A stretch of DNA of 64,000 nt, taken from Chthonomonadales bacterium (GTDB taxonomy: Bacteria > Armatimonadota > Chthonomonadetes > Chthonomonadales > CAJBBX01). Each line of letters starts with the position of its first letter. Position 1 is the stretch's first letter. Location: positions 67,038-131,037 of the forward strand of contig JBMFSQ010000009.1 in NCBI GenBank assembly GCA_049967475.1, read 5' to 3'. The translations under genes and the position numbers were made by a program. The notes under the pieces were generated by a model that saw only the letters and a list, made by a program, of their open reading frames with translations, did no database searches and was not told the DNA's origin. This document shows, in pieces, positions 31,193 to 40,674 of the stretch.

Positions 31193-32362
31193 CTACGAAC
31201 CCGCACCTTGGCCGATGCGTGCCATGAACTCCTCCAGAGCCGGGATCATCTTCTCTTGTTCCACCAGGAAGGCATCGTGGCCGTAGTCCGAGTCCATCTC
31301 CCAGTAGGTACAATCTACACCCGCTTCGAGGAAGCGCTTGTGCATCTCCTTCAGGTACTTCGGGTAGAAGAGGATGTCTGATCGGATCCCTATGAGAAGA
31401 ACCTTGGCCTTCACGCGCCGGTATGCCGCGTTCAAAGAAGGATACCCGCGGGCGATGTCGTGGAGATCTATCGCGCGGGCCACATAAAGGTACGAATTGG
31501 CATCGAAGCGGCGCACGAGCTTCTCTCCCTCTTCGTGAAGGTAGCGCTCCACATCGAAGCGTGCATAGAGATCGTGCTCCTGAGGTGATTGCAGATCCGC
31601 CGGTTTGCGGCCGAACATCTGTTGCATCACCGAATCCGAAAGGTATGTGATGGTTCCGATCATCCTGGCGAGCGCCAGTCCCGCCGCCGGAGGCTCCGAA
31701 CCGTAGTACTCCCCCTTGCGCCAATTGGGATCCAGCATGATGGCACGCCGCATGCATTCATTGAATGCGATGACCTGGGCAGACACGCGGTCCACGGCGG
31801 CGATGGGGCAGACGGCCTCTACCATATCAGGGTAGGTTACAGCCCACTCCAGCGCCTGCATCCCTCCCATGGAACCCCCCGTTACCAGCCGAAGCCGCCG
31901 AACTCCCAAATGCTCCATGAGGCGGCGCTGCACGCGCACCATATCGCGCACGGTGATGATAGGGAACGTGAGGCCGTAAGGTTCTCCGGTGAGAGGATTG
32001 ATGCTGGATGGGCCGGTGCTGCCGCGGCATCCACCCAACGCATTGGGCGCAATGACGCAATAGCGCTCCGTGTCGAAAACCTTGCCCGGGCCGATCAGCG
32101 GATCCCAGTACCCGGCGTAGGGACTATCGGGCCGGTACCGCCCGGCCGCGTGCGAACTGCCCGTAAGCCCGTGCTCCACGAGGATCACGTTGTCCCCTGT
32201 GGCGTTAAGCTCCCCGTACATCTCGTAGCAGGTGGTGACTTCGGGAAGCGTCTGCCGGTTCTCGAGCACGAAGGGTTCTTCCGGACTCCCGAACGTGAAA
32301 TAACGCTTCTCGACGATGCCTACCGAGCGCTCGTTGTCGGTAGAGAGGATCGCTTCGGCCAT
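31193..32362 (-). CDS. metX: Homoserine O-acyltransferase (MetX family)
   Basis: HGLTGSSH, GSTGPSS, GGSMGGMQ nucleophile, RFDANSY, YGHDAFL. Confidence 0.94.
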   Translation of the reverse strand: MAEAILSTDNERSVGIVEKRYFTFGSPEEPFVLENRQTLPEVTTCYEMYGELNATGDNVILVEHGLTGSSHAAGRYRPDSPYAGYWDPLIGPGKVFDTERYCVIAPNALGGCRGSTGPSSINPLTGEPYGLTFPIITVRDMVRVQRRLMEHLGVRRLRLVTGGSMGGMQALEWAVTYPDMVEAVCPIAAVDRVSAQVIAFNECMRRAIMLDPNWRKGEYYGSEPPAAGLALARMIGTITYLSDSVMQQMFGRKPADLQSPQEHDLYARFDVERYLHEEGEKLVRRFDANSYLYVARAIDLHDIARGYPSLNAAYRRVKAKVLLIGIRSDILFYPKYLKEMHKRFLEAGVDCTYWEMDSDYGHDAFLVEQEKMIPALEEFMARIGQGAGS

Positions 32363-32363
32363 C

Positions 32364-32630
32364 TTACAACGCCCACTCCTGGGCGCCATCCACGCCCAAC
32401 GCACTGACCGTGATGCCCAAGGACTGTACCCATTCCAGGCCGCGCTGCAACGCCTCCCGATCCCCGGTCAGTTCCAGAAAAATGTAGCCGCCTGTGTGGA
32501 TATCAATGTTGGCGCGCCGTATGTTGGGGATGAGGCCGTAGTCCGTCACCAAATGGTACAGCACGGGCTCCTTCACCCACTCCAGCGGATAGTTCAACTG
32601 TACGCGGATCGTTTCCCTGGTAGTCGTCAT
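32364..32630 (-). CDS. Stand-alone NIL domain protein
   Basis: LNYPLEWVKEPVLYHLVTDYGLIPNIRRANI...LELTG; GGAGG RBS. Confidence 0.85.
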   Translation of the reverse strand: MTTTRETIRVQLNYPLEWVKEPVLYHLVTDYGLIPNIRRANIDIHTGGYIFLELTGDREALQRGLEWVQSLGITVSALGVDGAQEWAL

Positions 32631-32866
32631 CGCAACACCTCCCGGCCTGATCGCTGGTGCATCCACCCAAGTGTTCGGAGGCCAAGACCTTGCACAGGGA
32701 TATTGTAGCAGGTTGCGCCTCCAGGAGCCTCGGCAATGCAGAGAAACCCAAAGAGTGTCGGCGCAATGGCGTTCCATGCCGCGCCGGGAAGGGCGATGCC
32801 CAGCGCCGGGTGTGGAATGCACGGCGGATTAGCAGAGGGTAGGAGGTACAGCCTAACCGCGGACGG

Positions 32867-32889
32867 CGGGGACCCGGGGCGGGTCCCCG
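32867..32889. repeat. GC-rich inverted repeat/hairpin in the prsA-NIL intergenic region
   Basis: CGGGGACCC-GGGGC-GGGTCCCCG, a 9-bp perfect stem. Confidence 0.6.
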
Positions 32890-32965
32890 TCATCGCTTCG
32901 CGCAAAGTGCGCGCCAATGCTCGGGTTCCGCGGCACCGTCCGATTGCCGGAATTGCGCGGGACCG

Positions 32966-33892
32966 TTACCTCCCTCCCTGATCGAGGCGATCCGGGAAGA
33001 GAAGGTTCTCAACGGCGTCCTTAAGCGCCGGCTGCTCCGTTTCGATATTGGCCTGGTCCCAAAGCTTGCGAAGTTCGTCCTTAGCAGGCGTTGCGTGGGT
33101 TAGCTTGAAATCTCGGGCCACCTTGTCTTTCACCTCGTCGAACGTAACGTGCTTCCCGGGATCCTTGCGCTCTACCCGCACCACGATCCACTGGCCTTGA
33201 GCCGGATGCTCGATGTCCACAGCACCAACAGGGAGGTTGGCAATCTTGGCCATCCAGGGCACCGGAAATTTGCCGTTGTAAGGGCGTTGAAACATCCACG
33301 TGCCGTCCACACCCTGAACCACAGCCTGCCCCGCGAGCTGCTGCCCCACCGTCTTCATGTCCTGCACTCTGGACATCAACAGCTTCGCACGCTCGGCGCC
33401 GGTCTGTGTCGCGCTCGCAACGACCTTGGTGTAGATGCGGACCGGCTTGTCCCAGCGGCCTGGGTTCTGCTCGAAGTACTGGCGCACTTGGTCGTCTGTG
33501 GCGGGAACATCCTTGATCGTGAGGTTGAGCAGGTCCATATCCCGCTCCCGGTCCTGCATCCAGTCGGCTTCTACCCAGGGCTTCAGGCGCCATTCCCGGG
33601 CAAGTTGAGGGTTCGTGTCACGCATCACGTCGTGCAGCTCCTGCAGTTCCTTCGGATCGGCCTTGCAGTGGGCCTTCTCTGCCGCCTGCGTCACGAGTTC
33701 ATAGGCCACCATCCTGGCCGTGACCTCCGGACCGTAGTGCCGCTCGAGCCACGTGTAGTAATCGCCCTTGGTATAGGTCTTGTCGTTGATGCGAACATGC
33801 ATCCGGCGGCTTAGGGTCTTGTTCACCAAGATCCAATTCGCAAGGAGCGACAGGGCAAGCAATGCCACTATGCCCGCTCGAAGATACCGCAT
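32966..33892 (-). CDS. PrsA/SurA-like foldase (divergent parvulin-type)
   Basis: N-terminal TM anchor; TDDQVRQYFEQN, VTFDEVKDKV, LWDQANIE patterns. Confidence 0.75.
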   Translation of the reverse strand: MRYLRAGIVALLALSLLANWILVNKTLSRRMHVRINDKTYTKGDYYTWLERHYGPEVTARMVAYELVTQAAEKAHCKADPKELQELHDVMRDTNPQLAREWRLKPWVEADWMQDRERDMDLLNLTIKDVPATDDQVRQYFEQNPGRWDKPVRIYTKVVASATQTGAERAKLLMSRVQDMKTVGQQLAGQAVVQGVDGTWMFQRPYNGKFPVPWMAKIANLPVGAVDIEHPAQGQWIVVRVERKDPGKHVTFDEVKDKVARDFKLTHATPAKDELRKLWDQANIETEQPALKDAVENLLFPDRLDQGGR

Positions 33893-34179
33893 GACATACT
33901 CCTCCTCGCCACCGCGCCCGGGCGGTGGAACACCTGTTCTTTGACGATGGGCACTACCCTGTACCACGCATCGCCTTACGATGACGCACGATTATACCCC
34001 GTGCGCAAGAATGGACACGAATGCACGCAACGGCATGCAGCGGCAGGATCATTCTGCGTGGTTGCCTGCACCACGTCCTAATTCTCGGCACAGCCGGCAG
34101 GAAGATATAGAACGAGTGCCGAAGCATGCGATAGGACGCGTGCAAAGGCGCGGAGTCTATCTCGTATAGAGGTACGTTC

Positions 34180-35229
34180 ATGGAACAGGTTGGCGTTGCC
34201 GTTCATGGCGCCGGCTGGGTTGCAGGCGAGCACATCAAGAGTTACCTCAAACATCCGAGGGCACGCCTCGTGGCCATAAGCAGCCGCACACGCGAGAGCG
34301 CTTTGGCGCGGGCAAACGAAGCGGGGATCCCCAATGTGCGCATCTACACGGACTTTGAAGAACTCCTGCGCGACCCCGAGGTTCAAGCCGTGTCGCTCTG
34401 TACTCCTCCTAACCTGCATGCCCAGGAGACCATCGCCGCAGCGCGTGCCGGGAAGCACATCCTAATCGAGAAGGCGGTAGCGAACAACCTGCAAGATCTA
34501 CGCGCTATGGACGCGGCCGTTCGTGCGGCAGGTGTGCGTACCGTCGTGAGCTTCGTGCTCCATTGGAACCCGGAGTTCATGCTCATCAAGCGCATGCTCG
34601 CCGCAGACGCCATCGGCCCCATCTTTTACGCCGAGGTGGATTATTGGCATCACATCGGGCCGCAGTACAAACAGTACGCATGGAACATCAAGAAGGACGT
34701 TGCCGGCAGCGCCCTCCTTTCCGCAGGCTGCCATGCGGTGGATGCCATCCGGTACTTCACCCAAGATGAGGTTACCGAAGTATGCGCCTACAGCAACCGG
34801 CGCAACCAGGAATACGAATACGACACGAACCTCGTGGGCATCCTGCGCTTCGCACAAGGCGCCATCGGCAAAATAAGCGTGTCCTTCGACGTTCAGTGCC
34901 CCTACGCCTTCAACATAGATATTCTGGGTGAGAAGGGAACCATCCGCGATAACCGCATCTATGCCAAGGACTTCTTCAGCGGGCAAACGGATTGGGTCGC
35001 AGTGCCCACAATCCGGCCCGACTCAGGCGATGTAACGCACCACCCGTTCGACGGAGAGATCGCCCACTTCTTGGATTGCATCCTTACGGGAACGGAATCC
35101 CACGTCAACCTGGCAGATGCGGTAAAGACGCACGAGGTATGTTTGGCACTGGATCATTCCGCTGCTTGCAGCAGGCCCGTCCGCCTTCAGGATCTAGATA
35201 GGGAACTTCTTCCAGGAGCCGAGCCATGA
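34180..35229 (+). CDS. Gfo/Idh/MocA family oxidoreductase
   Basis: VHGAGWVA, TPPNLH, GKHILIEKA, GCHAVD. Confidence 0.9.
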   Translation: MEQVGVAVHGAGWVAGEHIKSYLKHPRARLVAISSRTRESALARANEAGIPNVRIYTDFEELLRDPEVQAVSLCTPPNLHAQETIAAARAGKHILIEKAVANNLQDLRAMDAAVRAAGVRTVVSFVLHWNPEFMLIKRMLAADAIGPIFYAEVDYWHHIGPQYKQYAWNIKKDVAGSALLSAGCHAVDAIRYFTQDEVTEVCAYSNRRNQEYEYDTNLVGILRFAQGAIGKISVSFDVQCPYAFNIDILGEKGTIRDNRIYAKDFFSGQTDWVAVPTIRPDSGDVTHHPFDGEIAHFLDCILTGTESHVNLADAVKTHEVCLALDHSAACSRPVRLQDLDRELLPGAEP

Positions 35230-36143
35230 GTTTCCGATACGACCTCGCCCGCTTTATCCCCTTCCGCGATGCCGAAGCGTGCGCCCGCGTTCGCGCGATT
35301 ACCCGCGACGAAATCACGCGCCATCCAAACCCGCAATTCCGCATCCGCGTGATGGAGGATCGTGCCCAGTTCTACTTCGAGTTCGCTCTGGATATCGTTA
35401 CGCGCATCCGTGAAGCGCTGGATGCCGACCGCCCCTTCGTGGCCATCTTTCCCGTGGGGCCCATGCCACAGTATGAATTCGCCGCCAAGTTGATCAACGC
35501 CCAAAGGCTGCCTTTGAAGCACGTCCACTCGTTCAATATGGATGAATACGCGGACCAGGACGGCAACACAGCGCCCATAGACTGGCCGGGGTCGTTCCAA
35601 AGAGCCATGTGGGAGAATTTCTTCGGAAAGATCAACCCCGAACTGCGGCCGCCGGAAAGCCAGATCCACTTTCCTACGCGCGAAGCGCTGGCGGACTATG
35701 CCCGGCGCATCGAAGATCTGGGCGGCGCCGACGTCTGTTACGGAGGCATCGGCTGGTGCGGGCATATTGCATTCTGGGAAGCACACCTGGGCGATGAGTT
35801 CGGAAACGACCTCCAGGCTTACGCGGCCGCCGGCCCCCGCTGCGTAGAACTTCATCCGATGACAATCATGCAGAATGCGCTTCACTCCTTCGGCGGCGAT
35901 TGGAGCTGGGTGCCTCCCAAAGCGAATACCATCGGCCCGGCCCAAATCCTGGGAGCGCGCCACCGCTCATTCTGGCTGGACGGGGACCTGGGAGGCGGGG
36001 TGTCCTGGCAACGCTTCATTGCGCGCCTCGTGGCTCATGGCCCGGTGAATACGTACGTCCCCGGCTCGATACTCCAAACGGCTCCCACCGATTACACCCT
36101 GCTGGGCGCGGTTGCAGATAATGTGGAGATCCATATGAGCTGA
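35226..36143 (+). CDS. NagB-like (glucosamine-6-phosphate deaminase/isomerase superfamily) protein
   Basis: PVGP, FNMDEY, GGADVCYGGIGWCGHIAFWE; ATGA overlap. Confidence 0.8.
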   Translation: MSFRYDLARFIPFRDAEACARVRAITRDEITRHPNPQFRIRVMEDRAQFYFEFALDIVTRIREALDADRPFVAIFPVGPMPQYEFAAKLINAQRLPLKHVHSFNMDEYADQDGNTAPIDWPGSFQRAMWENFFGKINPELRPPESQIHFPTREALADYARRIEDLGGADVCYGGIGWCGHIAFWEAHLGDEFGNDLQAYAAAGPRCVELHPMTIMQNALHSFGGDWSWVPPKANTIGPAQILGARHRSFWLDGDLGGGVSWQRFIARLVAHGPVNTYVPGSILQTAPTDYTLLGAVADNVEIHMS

Positions 36144-36179
36144 ATTCGTTCGCGCCGATCCCAAGCGCATCTCAGTTCC

Positions 36180-38234
36180 ATGCGCATCCTTTCCATAGCC
36201 ATCCTTACGGCCGTAGTGTTGCTGCCGGCCCTCCCCACGGCGGCGCAGCCTGCATTCCACGGTAGGCATTACGACGGCCGTGGCGACATCCGCTACCTGC
36301 AGTTGCTGGAACTTGCACGCCGCATGTTTCAGCCCGATGCCGAGTACCAGAACCTTTCCATGCTCTACACACCGGCATGGAACGGCTTTGTAGAAGGCCC
36401 TACGTGGAATGCATGGTGGATACAGAACTCCTACGGCACCACCTATTGCATCCTCCCGTTCCTTCAGGAGCCGTGGATTACCTTCCTGCAGAACTCTCAG
36501 GATCTTTGGTTTGACCAGATGGGAGACGGCAAACGCGTAGGCGCTCCGGCGCCCATGGACTGGGTGGCTCCGGACGGATGCCTCTGTGACGCAGCCAGAC
36601 CAGGGTGGATCGTGTACAAACAGGGTGACGGGAGGATCCAGATACACGACTGGGCAATGGAATTCACGGCTGCCGGGCTCCTCCTACAGTGCGAACTGCT
36701 CCTTATCTCGCGCGATCAGGCCGCAATCGCCCATTACCTGCCCAAACTGGAGCGCTGCGCGGCATTCCTCCAATCGCGCCGCGACCCAAAAACCAACCTT
36801 TATTTGGCCGGGCCCGCGGCCAATCTCCTTGCACCCAGCTACGCAGGTTGGAAACGCCCCGACGGCACCTATGGGATGGCGTACCTCACCGGCCTTTCGG
36901 TAACCACCATCGCCGCGTTGGACCGGCTTATCGAGTTGGAGCGCCTCGCCGGGCGTCCGGCGCAAGGTAGAACGTACGCTCTGTGGAGATCCGAGGCGCG
37001 TAAGGGTTTGACGCACCTCTTTACACCCGACGGGTACCTCATCAGGTCCCTGGATCCAGACGGCACGCGCCACGGCGTATATGGCGCTCCCATCCACGGA
37101 TACTTTGAAGCGCCGCCCAACCATGACGCCATAGCATTCCGTGTAGTGAACGATACCGCAGCCCGCCGCATCTTCGCCAGGATCGCCTCGATCCCGCAGA
37201 TCCGACCGCATACGTTTATCCTCCCGAACTACCCCTCGTACGACGACATGTACGAAAAGCCCGAAGGGCTGTGGGCCTACGGAACATGGGTCAACGGCGG
37301 TCACTGGTCTACGTGCGAAGCTCGGATGATCTTGGCATACTACCGCCTTGGCCGGTATGGGGATGCGCAACGCTCCATGGAAGCACTTCTGGCCTTCGCA
37401 CGGCGCTTCCGGATGGATAACCCCCTTACCAAATGCGGCAGTGATGTCTACCAGCCGCAGGAACCGATCAACCTGTGCTATGACGCCTTCGGACCGCCTG
37501 CCGCCTTCCTGCGAGGGCTGTTCGAGTACCTTTACAAGAGCGACCGCCTCATCCTCATTCCGCACATCCCGCCAAGCATCACCTACCTAAACCAGAAGGA
37601 CCCGGTACGTTTTGGGACCAAGCGTATCTACTTGAGCGTTCAGGGACGCGGCGCCGTCACACGCGTACGGGTCAACGGCAAAGATCGGCCATGGCACACA
37701 CGCAGTACCGTGTCCCTGCCCTACGACCTGTTGCCCGCTGAGGCCCATGTGCAGATCCGGCTTGGCGGCCCATCCCAGCCGGCACGGGCATCAAACCCCG
37801 GGCCGACCCATGGAGTGTCCGCGCTGTTTGCCGGGCGCCCGCCCCACCCGCCAACAGGAGCCCGAGCACCCATTCCGGAAAAACCGGGAGCCCAAGAAGG
37901 GGTTCCGCCGGCGATCCTGGTAGAGGTGCGCCGCGCGGCCCGGTTCCGAGCTTTGCTGAACCGACGGGGTATGGCTTCCAGCTATGAAGCAGCCCACGCC
38001 CGCCTTGTGGAAGAGGCTCTCGAGGCTCTTCGCGCGCGACGCCAAAAAGAAAAGGCAGGCACGCTTCCGGCGCTGCCCGAGCCTGCCCGGAGCGCTGCCG
38101 ACGCATCATATCTAACCACAGTACAACGCCTCGCCCAAGGGCTTGCGGAGCTAATGGCGAGATATGCGTCCTCCCGTGATGCCCATCAACGCGCCCTAGC
38201 AGCTCTATGGGCCGAGACGGCGCCCAACCCATGA
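36180..38234 (+). CDS. Exported putative glycoside hydrolase (alpha/alpha-barrel-like, family unassigned)
   Basis: Signal peptide; aromatic-rich body, NGGHW motif, C-terminal beta-sandwich; in a sugar operon. Confidence 0.65.
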   Translation: MRILSIAILTAVVLLPALPTAAQPAFHGRHYDGRGDIRYLQLLELARRMFQPDAEYQNLSMLYTPAWNGFVEGPTWNAWWIQNSYGTTYCILPFLQEPWITFLQNSQDLWFDQMGDGKRVGAPAPMDWVAPDGCLCDAARPGWIVYKQGDGRIQIHDWAMEFTAAGLLLQCELLLISRDQAAIAHYLPKLERCAAFLQSRRDPKTNLYLAGPAANLLAPSYAGWKRPDGTYGMAYLTGLSVTTIAALDRLIELERLAGRPAQGRTYALWRSEARKGLTHLFTPDGYLIRSLDPDGTRHGVYGAPIHGYFEAPPNHDAIAFRVVNDTAARRIFARIASIPQIRPHTFILPNYPSYDDMYEKPEGLWAYGTWVNGGHWSTCEARMILAYYRLGRYGDAQRSMEALLAFARRFRMDNPLTKCGSDVYQPQEPINLCYDAFGPPAAFLRGLFEYLYKSDRLILIPHIPPSITYLNQKDPVRFGTKRIYLSVQGRGAVTRVRVNGKDRPWHTRSTVSLPYDLLPAEAHVQIRLGGPSQPARASNPGPTHGVSALFAGRPPHPPTGARAPIPEKPGAQEGVPPAILVEVRRAARFRALLNRRGMASSYEAAHARLVEEALEALRARRQKEKAGTLPALPEPARSAADASYLTTVQRLAQGLAELMARYASSRDAHQRALAALWAETAPNP

Positions 38235-38321
38235 GCCGCCGGCTCGCGGCGCCTATGCCCGAAGGGGCGAGGAACTCCCTTCACGGGGAAGATCCCCAAT
38301 AGAAAGCGACGGGAAATCCGC

Positions 38322-39314
38322 TTATGCTTCTACTTGCACCGGTTCCCCGCCCAGGCCGGCGGACTTCCAGGCCGCTTCAGTGAGTTCGATCACGCGGAGA
38401 CCGCAGGTGAAGGGCGATTGCACCGTGTCCCTCCCGCGGATAGCGTCCACGAAGTTCTTGTCCGGAAGAGAGCCTCCCGGCATCGTTTCAAACGTATACC
38501 GATTGCCCTTGCCGTCGCTCATGGCCAACTTCCCGTTGCGCATGAAGAACACGCCGTTCTCGCACCATATGGTAAGGTCTTCGTGCCAAGTGGGCGCGTC
38601 TCCCACCACGGAAATGTTGGCTTGGGCGCCTCCCCGAAACACTACGGAGATCGCCGAATTGATGTCCACGGGTGTTCCGCAGTTATCTATGAATGCGCTC
38701 ACCTTCTCGACCCCTAACCCGGTGGTCCAGAGGATGATATCCAACAAGTGGCTCCCTGAGTCGTTGAGTTGGCCGCCTCCGCTCAAAGCGGGATCCTGCC
38801 TCCAAGACCCAGCCGTGCCCTTCTTCCACTGCTGGCATTGAAGCGCATTCACGAACGTAACCGCTCCCAGCTCTCCCGAGGCCATGCGGTCCCGCATATA
38901 GCGGAACTCGGGTTGGTAGTGCCTCTGGTACGACAACAGACCCACCTTACCGCTTTGTTCGAGCTTGGCGACAACCTGCTTCGCATGGTCCACGGTGCAT
39001 ACTAGGGGCTTCTCACACAGAACATGGAGGCCGCGATCCAGCGACGTCATGATCTGTTCAAAGTGCGTTGTGTGAGGAGTGCTGATCTCCACGGCGTCCA
39101 TCGGCACCTGGGCCAGCATGTCGCGGAAGTCTGCGAAAACGGGCACTGCCGCCAATTCAGGGTACTGCTTCTTTGCCCGTTCCAGCATGGCGGGATTGGG
39201 ATCGCACAAGGCCACGATTTCCACCTCGTCCAGCTTGAGCACGTTGCCCATATGCCAGCGGGCATTTCCCCCGGCTCCAATGAACCCGAGGCGTATCTTG
39301 TCTGAATTCTGCAC
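38322..39314 (-). CDS. Gfo/Idh/MocA family oxidoreductase
   Basis: GFIGAGG, STPHTTH, LCEKP, GGGQLNDSGSHLLD. Confidence 0.92.
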   Translation of the reverse strand: MQNSDKIRLGFIGAGGNARWHMGNVLKLDEVEIVALCDPNPAMLERAKKQYPELAAVPVFADFRDMLAQVPMDAVEISTPHTTHFEQIMTSLDRGLHVLCEKPLVCTVDHAKQVVAKLEQSGKVGLLSYQRHYQPEFRYMRDRMASGELGAVTFVNALQCQQWKKGTAGSWRQDPALSGGGQLNDSGSHLLDIILWTTGLGVEKVSAFIDNCGTPVDINSAISVVFRGGAQANISVVGDAPTWHEDLTIWCENGVFFMRNGKLAMSDGKGNRYTFETMPGGSLPDKNFVDAIRGRDTVQSPFTCGLRVIELTEAAWKSAGLGGEPVQVEA

Positions 39315-39543
39315 GGTTCTCCTCCTCTAGGGATAATCGGCTGGGTCCGTCCCCAGTCAGGTTCCTCTTGTACTCCCCGTATCCCTTCTCAGCCTCGATC
39401 CTCGCAGACACAAGCTGCCGCCACGGGCCCGCGCTCGCCGGAGGGAACGCATCCCTATTGGCCGTGAGGGATAGTAAGCGTCGGGCCGGGCATCGAGATA
39501 TGCCGGATGTGCGCACCCGGCCGGCTGATGGGAAGCGCCTGAC

Positions 39544-40392
39544 CTACGCCGAGGAGCGCGGCCCGTACGACGACCGAACCAATTTGTAGATGCCCGCCAC
39601 GTCCTTCAGAAGTTGGGGAAGCCGGTTTAGGGGAAACATCGTAGCCGGGTCCGAGAGACCATGCTCGGGGTCGGGATGCACTTCCATGAACAAAGCGTCA
39701 ATTCCTACTGCAGCGCCTGCACGCGCCAAGTACGGTATGAACTCGCGCTTTCCTCCGGACTGCCGCCCTGCCGCGCCTGGCTGTTGAACGCTGTGTGTGG
39801 CATCGAGGCAGACCGGCCATCCCAAGGAGCGCATCAGGGGCAGGGAGCACATATCTACGATCAGCGTGTTATATCCAAAGGACACGCCGCGCTCTGTCAG
39901 CAAGATCTGGTCATTTCCCTCGGCGGTGATCTTGGCGGCAACGTTGGCCATATCCCACGGTGCGAGGAACTGGCCCTTTTTCACATTCACCGGCTTGCCG
40001 CTTCGGGCCGCCGCCACAAGAAGATCCGTCTGGCGGCAAAGAAATGCCGGGATCTGCAGTATATCCACCACCTGGGCGACGGGTTTGGCCTGCCACGGTT
40101 CGTGGATATCCGTGAGCACGGGCACGGCATATTCGCTTCTGATGGCCGCCAACACCTCTAAGCCGGCATCGAGGCCGGGACCGCGGAAGGCGTCGAACGC
40201 GGTTCGGTTGGCTTTATCGAAGGATGCCTTGAAGATGAAACCGAGGCCGGCCTCGACGCAGGCTGCCTTCGCAAAGGCGGCAACCTCTCGGCACAGATCC
40301 AGGCTCTCGATGACACAGGGACCGGCAATCAAAACCAATTGATCGGCATCGGGGCCTATGGAGATGCCCGCCACATGGATCGTCCGCGTCAA
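39544..40392 (-). CDS. kdsA: KDO-8-phosphate synthase
   Basis: IAGPCVIES, KASFDKANRT, PAFLCRQTD, KKGQF, DATHSVQ; TTG start. Confidence 0.96.
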   Translation of the reverse strand: MTRTIHVAGISIGPDADQLVLIAGPCVIESLDLCREVAAFAKAACVEAGLGFIFKASFDKANRTAFDAFRGPGLDAGLEVLAAIRSEYAVPVLTDIHEPWQAKPVAQVVDILQIPAFLCRQTDLLVAAARSGKPVNVKKGQFLAPWDMANVAAKITAEGNDQILLTERGVSFGYNTLIVDMCSLPLMRSLGWPVCLDATHSVQQPGAAGRQSGGKREFIPYLARAGAAVGIDALFMEVHPDPEHGLSDPATMFPLNRLPQLLKDVAGIYKLVRSSYGPRSSA

Positions 40393-40674
40393 AAAAGGCC
40401 TCCTCTAACAGCACACTGCCGCCGCCATTGGTCCGCGCGGGGGGAGATGCGGATCATGGGTCTGCAGACTATCTTACCCTGCGAAGCTTGAGGGTGAGCG
40501 TGAGGTATACTCTTCGCTGGCAGACCTCGTGCGTTCGATTGCACCATCGAGCCCAAGCCTAAAGACGACAACGGCGCACGATGCCATTTCCCACATAACG
40601 GAACGCCGCGCTCGAAGGAACATCATCCGCAGCCGCGAAGCGCGGTAGATGCGAAGCCGGTCAACGGATGCAGT

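Noticed and set aside
32640..32960. SAM riboswitch or T-box upstream of NIL-metX
   Set aside because: No S-box or T-box consensus; a TGxTACAAT -10 near 32702 leaves only a short leader.
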